Made by a program: the position numbers and the translations under genes | Shown: positions 51,643 through 64,000 of the stretch, one piece after another | Position numbering within the stretch: the first letter of the stretch is position 1 | Layout of the letters: the number at the start of each line of letters is the position of its first letter | Assembly (NCBI RefSeq): GCF_006345805.1 | Contig: NC_043015.1 | Coordinates: 50,840,001-50,904,000 of the forward strand | Source of the DNA: Octopus sinensis | Taxonomy: Eukaryota | Length of the DNA: 64,000 nt | Reading direction: 5' to 3' | Notes under the pieces: generated by a model | Database searches by the model: none | What the model saw: the letters and a program-made list of their open reading frames with translations, nothing else | What the model was told of the DNA's origin: nothing

Positions 51643-54620
51643 TCATCATCATCATCATCATCATCATCGTTTAGCGTCCGTTTTCCATGCTAGCATGGGT
51701 TGGACGGTTCTACTGGGGTCTGTGAAGCCAGAAGGCTTCATCAGGCCCAGTCAAATCTGGCAGTGTTTCTAGGCTGGATGATGCCTTCCTAACGCCAACC
51801 ACTCGTGAGTGTAGTGGGTGCTTTTTACGTGCCACCCGCACTGGTGCCAGACAGAGCTGGCAAATGGCCACGAACGGATGGTGCTTTTTATGTGCCACCA
51901 GCACGAGGGCCAGGCGAGGCTGGCAACGGACACGAAACGGGGCGGTGCTGGCAACGGTCGCGAAACGGAAAGTTCTCTTACATGCCACCGGCACTGGTAA
52001 CACATCTGCAATTTCCATTGATCGATTTCCATTGATCGATTTCCATGATCGATTTCGATTCTGATCGTCACTTGCCTCAAGGGTCTTCACAAGCAGAGAG
52101 TTTGACATGCCACCGGCACTGGTAGCACATCCGCAATTCCATTGATCGATTTCGATTCTGATCCTCACTTGCCTCATCACGTCTTCACAAGTAGAGTTTT
52201 GTGTCCCAAGAAGGGAAGGTATGCATACGTAGGCTGGCTCCATCCCATGTAGAAGGCACGGGTTATGGACTCACTTGTCCTGCCGGGTCTTCTCGCGCAC
52301 AGCACACTTCCAGAGGTCTCGGTCTCTAGTCATTTCCTCAGTGAGACCTAAAGTTCGAAGGTCGTGCTTCACCACCTCGTCCCAGGTTTTCCGGGTCTGC
52401 CTCTTCCACAGGTTCCCTCAACCGCTAGGGTGTGGCACTTTTTCACACAACTATCTTCATCCATTCTCGCCACATGACCATACCAGCGCAAACGTCTCTC
52501 TTGCACACCACAACTGATGCTTCTTAGGTCCAGCTTTTCTCTCAAGGTACTTACACTCTGCCGAGTGTGAGTACCGGCATTACACATCCATCGGAGCATA
52601 CTGGCTTCATTTCTAGCGAGCTTACGCATATCCTCAGCAGTCACGGCCCATGTTTCACTGCCATGTAGCATGGCTGTTCGTACACACGCATCATACAGTC
52701 TGCCTTTCACTCTGTGCGAGAGGCCTTTTGTCACCAGTAGAGGTAAGAGCTCTCTGAACTTTGCCCAAGCTATTCTTACTCTAGCAGTTACACTTTCAGC
52801 ACACCCGCCCCCGCTGCTGACTTGGTCACCTAGGTAACGGAAACTATCAACTATTTCTAGTTTTTCTCCCTGGAAAGTGACGGAAGTTGGTCTCAGAGCA
52901 TTTTCAGTGTTATTGTTCCTGAGCATCTGCCACATACAAAAACCATCTTCCTAGTTAGCCTTCCTTTGACATTGCTGCATCTCTTATGTGTCCATAGTTA
53001 CACTTGGTGCATCTTATAGAGTTTCTACCTAACCTTTTCTACAGATCGAGCAGGGCCATCTACCTGAAGGTGTTTGTGATTTGTCTACCTTCCTACTGAT
53101 TACGACTTTGGTTTTAGCTAGATTGACTCTGAGGCCCTTCGATTCTAATCCTTGTTTCCACACCTGAAACTTCTCCTCCAGTTCTGATAGCGACTCAGCA
53201 ATTAGAGCAAGGTCATCAGCATAGAGGAGCTCCCAAGGGCATCCCTGTGAATTCCTCCGTTATTGCCTGGAGGACTATGATAAATAGGAGGGGGCTGAGT
53301 ACTGAGCCTTGGTGGACTCCTACCTCTACCCGGAATTCTTCACTGTACACATTTCCAACCCTCACCCTACTAGCGGCGTCCCTGTACATGGCCCGCACAG
53401 CTCTCACTAACCATTCATCTATCCCTAGTTTCCTCATTGCCCACCAGATAAGGGATCGGGGGACCCTGTCGAAGGCTTTCTCCATGTGTCAACAAAAGCC
53501 AGGTACAGGGGCTATCTTTGGCTAGGTATTTCTCCTGCAGCTGCCTTACCAGGAATATAGCATCAGTAGTACTTTTCCCTGGCACAAACCCAAACTGCAT
53601 CTCATCTAAACTAACTCTCTCTCTAATTAGTTGGGCTATGACCCTCTCCGTAACCTTCATCACTGGTCCAACAGCTTGATACCTCTGTAGTTATTTGTAT
53701 CTAGGGCATCACCTTTACCTTTGTAGCAGTTGACTATTATACTGCTACACCAGTCATTGGGTATGACCCCTTTGTGTATCACCTGATTAACTATACGGGT
53801 GACTAGGCTATAGCCGACACTACCAGACATTTTGAGCATCTCTGCAGTGATTCCTGATGGGCTGGGGCTTTCCCTGTCTTCATGCTTCTAATAGCCTTAG
53901 CTACCACGGAACTATCAACTCGGATAGCTGGTCCCTCTGTTGGGTCAACATTCGGCAGACTCTCTTTTCCCATTCATTTTTCATTCAGCAACCTTTCATA
54001 GTGGCATCTCCAAACCTCTCTCTTTGCATCCTCATTTAGCGCAAGTGAACCATCTTCCATGCGAACACACTTCTCTCCTACCACATCACGATTCTCTCTC
54101 ACACACTGTCTTGCAACACGAAACACCTCCAGTCTTTGGTCCTCACGGCGCAGAACATTGGCAAATTTTTTCTTATCTGCTTCCCCTCTGGCTAAATAAA
54201 CCTGTCTCCTAGCTTCTCTTTGGCAGTCTGATACATCCCCTGCTACCCCCATTTTTCCAGACTTCCAAGCCTGTCTCTTTTCTCTAATAGCCCTGTCTAC
54301 AATATTGTTCCACCACCACGTTATTCTAGGTCGAGAGGGGACTTTGCACCAGCCACAGATCTGGTCAGTGGCTCTCAGCAGGTTGTCCCTAGAAACGTCC
54401 AGCTGTCTTCAACCCCTTGTGATGCTCTATCCCCTTCTACTTCGTCAGAGGCTTCAAGTAATAGTCCCTAAATCTCTGTCCATTTGCAGGATCTTTAAGC
54501 TTCCAGATCCTTCTTCTCCATATTTGTCGTCTTCTGGTTGTCCTCCTAGTCCTGATCCTAAAGTCACTAACTACCAGTCTATGTTGTGGGGTACATTCTT
54601 CAACCTGGGAAGGTTTTGGC
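51643..54620 (-). mobile_element. 5'-truncated RTE-clade LINE, copy 2 (end of APE, RT, zinc-finger insert, 3'UTR, GAT tail), frameshifted
   Basis: ORF pieces PQHRLVVSDF, QFGFVPGKSTTDAIF, MEKAFDRVPR, HQGSVLSPLLF, FRYLGD, LHGSETW; (GAT)n tail at about 51645. Confidence 0.95.
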
Positions 54621-54664
54621 ATATATTTATATATATATATATATATATATTTATTATATATATA

Positions 54665-57519
54665 TTAGGCTACTTTCAAGCCTTCGACATAAACTTGATT
54701 TTCTTTCCTATCTCTCTCTCTACAAAATTTAACCTTAGGCTACCTCAAGCCGTAATCCCATCTCTTCCCATCTTTCCGCCAATGGCGGTCTTTTTTCCTC
54801 CTCTTCTTCTTTTAAGCTAAAAAACTTGAAAATCGCCATTACCATTACGATTCACTTCTTCTTTCAATTTCAACTCTCGATCGATGCCCGCAGCAGCAAG
54901 TTCTTAAAAATTTATCTTACTATTTTTATTCGTTGTTACTACGTTTATTCATACATTGTTACGAAAACTTAACCTTTTTAGGCTACTTTCAAGCCTTCGC
55001 CATAACTTGATTTATCTTTCCTATCTCTCTCTCTACAAAATTTAACCTTAGGCTACCTCAAGCCGTAATCCCATCTCTTCCCATCTTTCCGCCATTGGCG
55101 GTCTTTTTTCCTCCTCTTTCCTCTCTTAAGCTAAACTTGAAAATCGCCATTACCATTACGATTCATTTTCTTCTTCAATTTCAACTCTCGATCGATGCCC
55201 GCAGCAAGTTCTTAAAAATTTATCTTACTATTTTTATTCGTTGTTACTACGTTTATTCATACATTGTTACGAAAACTTAACCTTTTTAGGCTACTTTCAA
55301 GCCTTCGCCATAACTTGATTTATCTTTCCTATCTCTCTCTCTACAAAATTTAACCTTAGGCTACCTCAAGCCGTAATCCCATCTCTTCCCATCTTTCCGC
55401 CATTGGCGGTCTTTTTCCTCCTCTTCTTCTTCTTAAGCTAAAACTTGAAAATCGCCATTACCATTACGATTCACTTTCTTCTTCAATTTCAACTCTCGAT
55501 CGATGCCCGCAGCAAGTTCTTAAAAATTTATCTTACTATTTTTATTCGTTGTTACTACGTTATTCATACATTGTTACGAAAACTTAACCTTTTTAGGCTA
55601 CTTTCAAGCCTTCGCCATAACTTGATTTATCTTTCTATCTCTCTCTCTACAAAATTTAACCTTAGGCTACCTCAAGCCGTAATCCCATCTCTTCCCATCT
55701 TTCCGCCATTGGCGGTCTTTTTCCTCCTCTTCTTCTTCTTAAGCTAAAACTTGAAAATCGCCATTACCATTAATTCACTTTCTTCTTTCAATTTAACTCT
55801 CGATCGATGCCCGCAGCAAGTTCTTAAAAATTTATCTTACTATTTTATTCGTTGTTACTACGTTTATTCATACATTGTTACGAAAACTAACCTTTTAGGC
55901 TACTTTCAAGCCTTCGCCATAACTTGATTTATCTTTCCTATCTCTCTCTCTACAAAATTTAACCTTAGGCTACCTCAAGCCGTAATCCCATCTCTTCCCA
56001 TCTTTCCGCCATCTTAAGCTAAAACTTGAAAATCGCCATTACCATTACGATTCACTTTCTTCTTCAATTTCAACTCTCGATCGATGCCCGCAGCAAGTTC
56101 TTAAAAATTTATCTTACTATTTTTATTCGTTGTTACTACGTTTATTCATACATTGTTACGAAAACTTAACCTTTTTAGGCTACTTTCAAGCCTTCGCCAT
56201 AACTTGATTTATCTTTCCTATCTCTTCTCTACAAAATTAACCTTAGGCTACCTCAAGCCGTAATCCCATCTCTTCCCATCTTTCCGCCATTGGCGGTCTT
56301 TTTCCTCTCTTCTTCTTCTTAAGCTAAAACTTGAAAATCGCCATTACCATTACGATTCATTTTCTTCTTCAATTTCAACTCTCGATCGATGCCCGCAGCA
56401 AGTTCTTAAAAATTTATCTTACTATTTTATTCGTTGTTACTACGTTTATTCATACATTGTACGAAACTTAACCTTTTTAGGCTACTTTCAAGCCTTCGCC
56501 ATAACTTGATTTATCTTTCCTATCTCTCTCTCTACAAAATTTAACCTTAGGCTACCTCAAGCCGTAATCCCATCTCTTCCCATCTTTCCGCCATTGGCGG
56601 TCTTTTTCCTCCTCTTCTTCTTCTTAAGCTAAAACTTGAAAATCGCCATTACCATTACGATTCACTTTCTTCTTCAATTTCAACTCTCGATCGATGCCCG
56701 CAGCAAGTTCTTAAAAATTTATCTTACTATTTTTATTCGTTGTTACTACGTTTATTCATACATTGTTACGAAAACTTAACCTTTTTAGGCTACTTTCAAG
56801 CCTTCGCCATAACTTGATTTATCTTTCCTATCTCTCTCTCTACAAAATTTAACCTTAGGCTACCTCAAGCCGTAATCCCATCTCTTCCCATCTTTCCGCC
56901 ATTGCGGTCTTTTTCCTCCTCTTCTTCTTCTTAAGCTAAAAACTTGAAAATCGCCATTACCATTACGATTCACTTTCTTCTTCAATTTCAACTCTCGATC
57001 GATGCCCGCAGCAAGTTTTAAAAATTTATCTTACTATTTTTATTCGTTGTTACTACGTTTATTCATACATTGTACGAAAAACTTAACCTTTTAGGCTACT
57101 TTCAAGCCTTCGCCATAACTTGATTTATCTTTCCTATCTCTCTTCTCTACAAAATTAACCTTAGGCTACCTCAAGCCGTAATCCCATTCTCTTCCCATCT
57201 TTCCGCCATTGGCGGTCTTTTCCTCCTCTTCTTCTTCTTAAGCTAAAACTTGAAAATCGCCATTACCATTACGATTCACTTTCTTCTTCATTTCAACTCT
57301 CGATCGATGCCCGCAGCAAGTTCTTAAAAATTTATCTTACTATTTTATTCGTTGTTACTTATTTTATTCATACATTGTTACGAAAACTTAACCTTTTTAG
57401 GCTACTTTCAAGCCTTCGCCATAACTTGATTTATCTTTCCTATCTCTCTCTCTACAAATTTAACCTTAGGCTACCTCAAGCCGTAATCCCATCTCTTCCC
57501 ATCTTTCCGCCATTGGCGG
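54665..57519. repeat. Tandem satellite of ~306-bp units (about 9.4 copies)
   Basis: Unit starts near 54665, 54978, 55286, 55593, 55895, 56175, 56477, 56785, 57091 and 57397. Confidence 0.95.
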
Positions 57520-59797
57520 TGCGCCCGCCCCCACCCCCACCACCAATAACGGTGAACTCTATTCTCACCACCACCACCACAATAACGGTGAACACTGTTC
57601 TCACCCCACCACCAATACCAGTATACCTGATCTCACCATCTACACCGGATACGCCTTACTCATCTACAACCGGGTACGCCCTCTCCCCCCCCTCCCCACT
57701 ACCCCTTCTCCTCATATGCTTTCACTGTGAAAAGAGAAGAAGTGCTAGCGCCATAGCTCATCAACTGCCCACCGATCTTACGCTTCCTCCTGACACTGCT
57801 CAATTTTCCGACCATCCCCTTTAGTACCCTCCCGCCTCGTAATATCCTACGTTTTTATTTCTTAGGGAACCTTCACCAACACCCCTTCCTGCCATCGTTC
57901 CTCCATACCCCAACCTTCCCCACTGGTTGCTCCCCTATATTACCCGCCTCAACTGGACCCCCCCTCCCCAACTCAACTCTAGAATATCTGTATTTCTTCC
58001 TCTACCTAATTACGTTACTCAGTGACGATAAATGCTGGTGACTACAAAGACCGGGCTGCTTTCTGCAGCAATTCCACATACCCCCTACCCATCTAAGTAC
58101 CCCGGATCCCCAAAGTACCCGGATCCCCAACGTACCCCGGACCTCGTTGCCCCCGTGCCGCGACACGTTAAAATGCTCGAACCGATCTGACGATGCCGGA
58201 CCATCCGGCCCCTGTGCAGGTGGCACGTAAAAAGCACCCAATCCACTCACGGAGTGGTTGGCGTTAGGAAGGGCATCCAGCCGTAGAAACTCTGCCAGAT
58301 TCAGACTGGAGCCTGGTGCGGCCTGGCTTCCCAGACCCGGTCAAACCGTCCAACCCGTGCTAGCGCGGAAAGCGGACGTTTAACGATGATGATGATGATG
58401 ATGATGATGATATAGATATATATATATATATATTACACACATCTATACATACATACACACATACATACAAATATATATATATACACACATACATACAAAT
58501 ATATACATACATACATACATACATACATACAACATACATGCATATATACATACATACATACATACCTACATACATACATACATACATACATACATAAATA
58601 TATATATATATATATATATTAATATTATATATATATATAAGTTCAGCAAATTTAGATTCAAATGAATATGGTACTAAGTCAGAGGCACCAGAATTTTGTA
58701 TGGTATTATCCATTATAAATCCATGGGAGTGATTATAATCAAAAATAAGCAACAAGTATATCTTAGGTAAATTACTGAAGATATACTTGTTGCTTATTTT
58801 GATTATATACTATATATATATATTAGAAGAAATAAAATTCTCAGAAATCTGGATGGTTACAGATTTTTATTAATATGTCACGTTTTTATACATCATATAT
58901 TAGCGCTTGCATCTACTCCAGTAGAATTTCCAGATTCTACTAGAGTAGATGTGTGTGTGTGTGTTTTTCTGTGTTTGTTTATAAAAACGTGACATATTAA
59001 CAAAAATCTGTAAATATAAAACCATCCAGATTTCTAAGTACCTTATTTCTTCTAATATATAATACCTGTACATCATCTCCAAACCTTCTAACATATATAT
59101 ACATACATTACATGTATGTATGTATGTATATGTATGTATAATCCCTATTATGAGATGAGGTGCTCTGTGAATTAGATGAAATACATTTACAGAAGCACTA
59201 AACACATTGAATGTGATAACGACTTGAATCCTAATAATTATCATGAATTAAACATTACTCTTTACAAATTTATGATGATTGATGTAATTGATTATGCATA
59301 ATATATACATAAACATATTTAGTCTCGCTGCAGAATTAATTATGAGTTTAAACCATAACGAGAATATAAAATCAAGCAATCAGCTTCATAACCCCATACA
59401 GTCATTAACAAAATATGTCGCTTGTGACTTACTGAGAGGATGATAAATGAATCCAAGCTTTGTTTTATAATTAGTTTTGTAATTTAGTGTGGGGTTTGTC
59501 GAGGAAAGTCCATAACTTTTCGGTGTTTTTGTTAGATTAGTAAGTAGATGAGGACATTTGTACATGATTAAAACAGTCGTTGCTGATTTGGGAATTAGAT
59601 GCAGTTGTGGCTTTGTGGTAAGAAGCTTGCTTCTTAACCACATGGTTCTGGGTTCAGCTCCACTGCATGATTATATCAACCTTGGGCGAATGTTTTTTCC
59701 ACTGTAGCCCTCAGCTGATCAAAGCCTTGTGTGTGGATGGACACAATTATACTAATGTATCCATTTATTTTAATTTAATCAAATTCTACGTCTTTTT

Positions 59798-59883
59798 TGC
59801 AGCTGAGGATTGCTCTACATTTAAATTGATGTAATGATTGCATTGTTCAATTAAATGGAGTTGCTTGAAACGACCGTACTGCA
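59798..59883 (+). ncRNA. Hammerhead-like motif in a Penelope pLTR-like repeat (second copy at 50966-51051)
   Basis: TGCAG-CTGAGGA-(long stem II)-GAAAC-GACC-GTA-CTGCA; stem I TGCAG/CTGCA is perfect; the base of stem II is non-canonical. Confidence 0.45.
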
Positions 59884-60017
59884 TTACCTATGGATATCCT
59901 CATTGCTTATTTTGATTCTAATCACCTTATTTTGAATTGTATGGATAATACCATACTAAATTCTGGTGCCTCAACTTAAGTACCATATTCATCTGAATCT
60001 AGATATATATATATGAA

Positions 60018-60050
<33 letters not shown>

Positions 60051-60344
60051 ATATATGTATATGAGTGTGTGTGTGTGTATATTTGTGTGTCTATGTTTGT
60101 CCCCCACCATCGCTTGACACCGATGCTGCTGTGTGTTTACGTCCCCATAACTTTGCAGTTTGGTAAAGGTGACCAATAGAATAAGTACTAGGCTTACAAA
60201 AGAATAAATCCTGGCGTCAATTTGTTCAGTTAAAGGTGGTGCTCCAGCATGGCCGCAGTCAAATGACCGAAACAAATAAAAGAATATACATGTATACATG
60301 TGTGTGTATGTGTCTGAATGTACCTACCTACCTGCTTTGTTGTT

Positions 60345-60720
60345 GGCACTCCATCAGTTATGACGACGAGGGTTCCAGTCGATCCAATCAACGGAACAGC
60401 CTGCTCGTGAAATTTAAGTGCAAGTGGCTGAGCACTCCACAGACACATGTACCCTTAACGTAGTTCTTGGGAAGATTCAGCATGACACAGTGTGACAAGG
60501 CTGGCTCTTTGAAATACGCGTACAACAGAAACAGGAAGAAAGAGTAAGAGAAAGTTGTGGTGAAAGAGTACAGCAGGGTTCACCACCAGCCCCTGCCGGA
60601 GCCTCGTGGAGCTTTAGGTGTTTTCACTCAATAAACACTCACAACGCCCGGTCTGGGAATCGAAACTGCGATCCTACAACCGCGAGTCCGCTACCCTAAC
60701 CACTGGGCCATTGCGCCTCC
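60345..60720 (-). mobile_element. SINE family B copy
   Basis: Reverse complement of 38271-38648. Confidence 0.8.
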
Positions 60721-61082
60721 ACCTGTCTGCCTGCCTTCATACATACAAACATGAAAAAGAGAGAAAACTCAACTGAATTGACAGAGTAGAGTTTAGATAA
60801 GATTGTTGATAGAACAAGTTCATTAAGTAAATTATAGTCTCACCCCCACCGCTCGCCGCTGCCGTAGCTAAAACATATCGAGTATTGTCGGGGTGGGTTG
60901 GTGGATACAGTAATGATACAAGATAAGCTCCAGAGAAATATATTGACAGTTGAATCAGGAGGTGAACCTTCAAGTAAATATTAAACCAGGATAAACAGAA
61001 GGCTCTTAGATAAGTATGGTAACAGATATATATATATATATATATATAATATATATATATATTTTTTTTTTTCAATATGTGA

Positions 61083-61118
<36 letters not shown>

Positions 61119-61297
61119 TGTTGGTGATTGTTTTTCTCCATCTTCCTTCTTTGGACTTTTTCTGTTTTCTGATGAAGAGCTCCGCTCGAACATGAAATCC
61201 TCTTTCTTTTCTTTCCTTTCCTGAGCGTCCAATAACACTGTACTTGTTCTACATCCTCGCATTGTTATTTTTTCTTCCTTGTTCTTGTTTAGATTGA

Positions 61298-61682
<385 letters not shown>

Positions 61683-61803
61683 GTATAAATTTGTATTGTC
61701 TCCCTGGTTTTTTATGTGCTAAGCCACTTGGTGTTAAACTGATGGTATTATTAAATTAATATCTAATTTTTCACCCTCATTTATGACTTATATATATATA
61801 TAT

Positions 61804-61867
<64 letters not shown>

Positions 61868-62294
61868 ATTATATTAAATTAGAGACAAAACCACTATTAG
61901 GCAAATCATACAATGAAAAATTTAAGCCAATACATAAGATTATTTAATTTATATTATTTAAATATATAACAAAATTATTAAAAAAATATAATTAATATAT
62001 CACTACGATCATTTCATGACTGTTAATTTCTTTAAATTTTCAAGTCACAGTCATTCATCAGGTGGTTTAAATATCTAAAATATAATCAATATTTTTAAGA
62101 TATAAATAATATATATAATATAATATAACAATTTTACTTATAATAAACTCTATTATCAAATATGATTATATCGAAATCGACTATAATGTTAAATATTAAC
62201 TTTAATTTATATGTATATATATGTAAATATATATATATATATATGTATATATATGCATATATAATATATATATATATATAATATATATATATTA

Positions 62295-62330
<36 letters not shown>

Positions 62331-62371
62331 GTACATATATGTATATACATATATGTATATATATGTATATA

Positions 62372-62449
<78 letters not shown>

Positions 62450-62451
62450 AG

Positions 62452-63160
62452 CTGTGTGACAGAGTGCCACACCCTAGCGGCTGAGGGAACCTGTGGAAGA
62501 GGTAGACCCAGGAAGACCTGGGATGAAGTGGTGAAGTACGACCTTTGAAATTTAGGCCTCACCAAGGAAACAACTAGTGACCGAGACTTTTGGAAATTTG
62601 CTGTGCTTGAGAAGATCCGGCAAGCCAAATAAGACCATAACCTCGTGGCCTATGCCAGGAGCATAACCAGCCCACTTATGCGTGCCTTTTCCTTCTTTGG
62701 ACACTAAACTCTGCTTGCGAAGACCTGTTGAGGCAAGTGAAATCAAAATCAAAATCAAATTCAATGACTGGCATCCGTGCTAGTGGGGTGCAAAGAGCAC
62801 CATACGAGTGTGATCGTTGTTAGAGTGGCAAACTGGCTTCCATGCCAGTGGCACATAAAAGGGCACCATTCGAGAGTGATCGTTACCAGCATCGCTTTAC
62901 TGGCACCTGTACTGGTGACATGTGTAAAAAGATTCAAGCGAGGTCGTTGCCAGTGCCACCTGACTGGCCTCCGTGCCGGTGGCACGTAAAAAGCACCCAC
63001 TACACTCTCGGAGTGGTTGGCGTTAGGAAGGGCATCCAGCTGTGGAAACTCTGCCAGATCAAGATTGGAGCCTGGTGCAGCCATCTGGTTCGCCAGCCCT
63101 CAGTCAAAATCGTCCAACCCATGGAAAGCAGACGTTAAACAATGATGATGATGATGATGA
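62452..63160 (+). mobile_element. Short 5'-truncated RTE copy 3 (ORF2 end plus 3'UTR plus GAT tail)
   Basis: [24 protein letters not shown] followed by the common 3'UTR; shows that the abundant GAT-tailed repeats are the RTE 3' end. Confidence 0.85.
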
Positions 63161-63402
63161 TATATATATCATATATTATATATAGGGGGAGAATTCACAA
63201 AAAGCAACAGACGAAGATAGGTGGTGTAGACAACAAACAGATGTATTAGTATAATGCTCAGGAAGTGAAAAAAGTCTTTACATTTCGAGCCTATGCTCTT
63301 CCACAGAAAGGAACACGGAAAGAAAGTAAAATAATAAAATAATAAAAGAACAATATATTTCAAATGTAAAACAAATAACTTTATTTCTCTGTTATTTTGC
63401 AG

Positions 63403-63461
63403 ATGTGACAATTTCACTGGCATTATACTTTTCCACAGTCTGACTGGTGGCACAGGAGCAG
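63403..63461 (+). CDS. Divergent tubulin, exon 5 (GTP-binding signature loop); gene continues beyond the window
   Basis: ttattttgcag acceptor, CAG|gtaagg donor; (R)CDNFTGIILFHSLTGGTGA(G) is the tubulin HSxxGGTGSG signature. Confidence 0.93.
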
Positions 63462-63827
63462 GTAAGGTGCTCTACATATATATGTGTGTTTGTGTGTGTG
63501 TATGCATCTCATTGTCTTGAGACATTGTGTGATAATTGTAAACAAGATTCACTGTCATACATGCAGTGTCATTTCTTTCCAGATGTGCAAATCTCTGTTC
63601 TCCTGATCTTCATTAATCTCATCATTTCCTCTACAGAATCTATGTAGTCCTTAGAAGGACATTCAGATTTACCAAGTGAAGATAATTACCGAGTCTAGTA
63701 AATTTCCACTAACTTGAGTTTCACCATCAATCGCTGTAGCCAGCTGGTATTGAGACCTGATATAAGAGGTAACATGGTAGCCACCAAGATTACATGTGCC
63801 TTGAAACCATTTTGGAGAATATTGTGC

Positions 63828-63990
63828 AGGAGTGGCTGTGTGGTAAGTAGCTTGCTTACCAACCACATGGTTCTGGGTTCAGTCCCACTGCATGGCACCT
63901 TGGGCGAGAGTCTTCTACTATAGCCTCGGGCCGACCAAAGCCTTGTGAGTGGATTTGGTAGATGGAAACTGAAAGAAGCTTGTCATATAT
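63828..63990 (+). mobile_element. SINE family A 5' half
   Basis: Head and first half, ending at (TA)n at the window edge. Confidence 0.75.
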
Positions 63991-64000
63991 ATATATATAT

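Noticed and set aside
58040-58051. GACTACAAAGAC, the start of a FLAG-tag coding sequence
   Set aside because: Only 12 nt match and there is no vector context; chance

Overview
Repeat-dense, AT-rich eukaryotic genomic DNA. The SINE and RTE families and the microsatellite density look like an octopus (coleoid cephalopod); that assignment is from recognition, not a search. The ORF track misses both genes, which I assembled by hand from short GT-AG exons. (1) A complete 4-exon + strand gene (5938-16891, 442 aa) encoding signal peptide, PLAT/LH2 domain, Ser/Thr-rich stalk and a C-terminal transmembrane anchor. (2) The first five coding exons (31805-63461, 128 codons, continuing past the window) of a divergent tubulin that best fits the zeta/eta (delta-like) class. 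The rest is tRNA-derived SINEs, RTE and CR1-type LINE fragments, Tigger- and piggyBac-type MITEs, Helitron pieces, a ~306-bp satellite array and many long foldback hairpins. Several repeats carry Penelope-type minimal hammerhead-ribozyme motifs, including a tRNA-headed element present as an inverted pair in tubulin intron 2.
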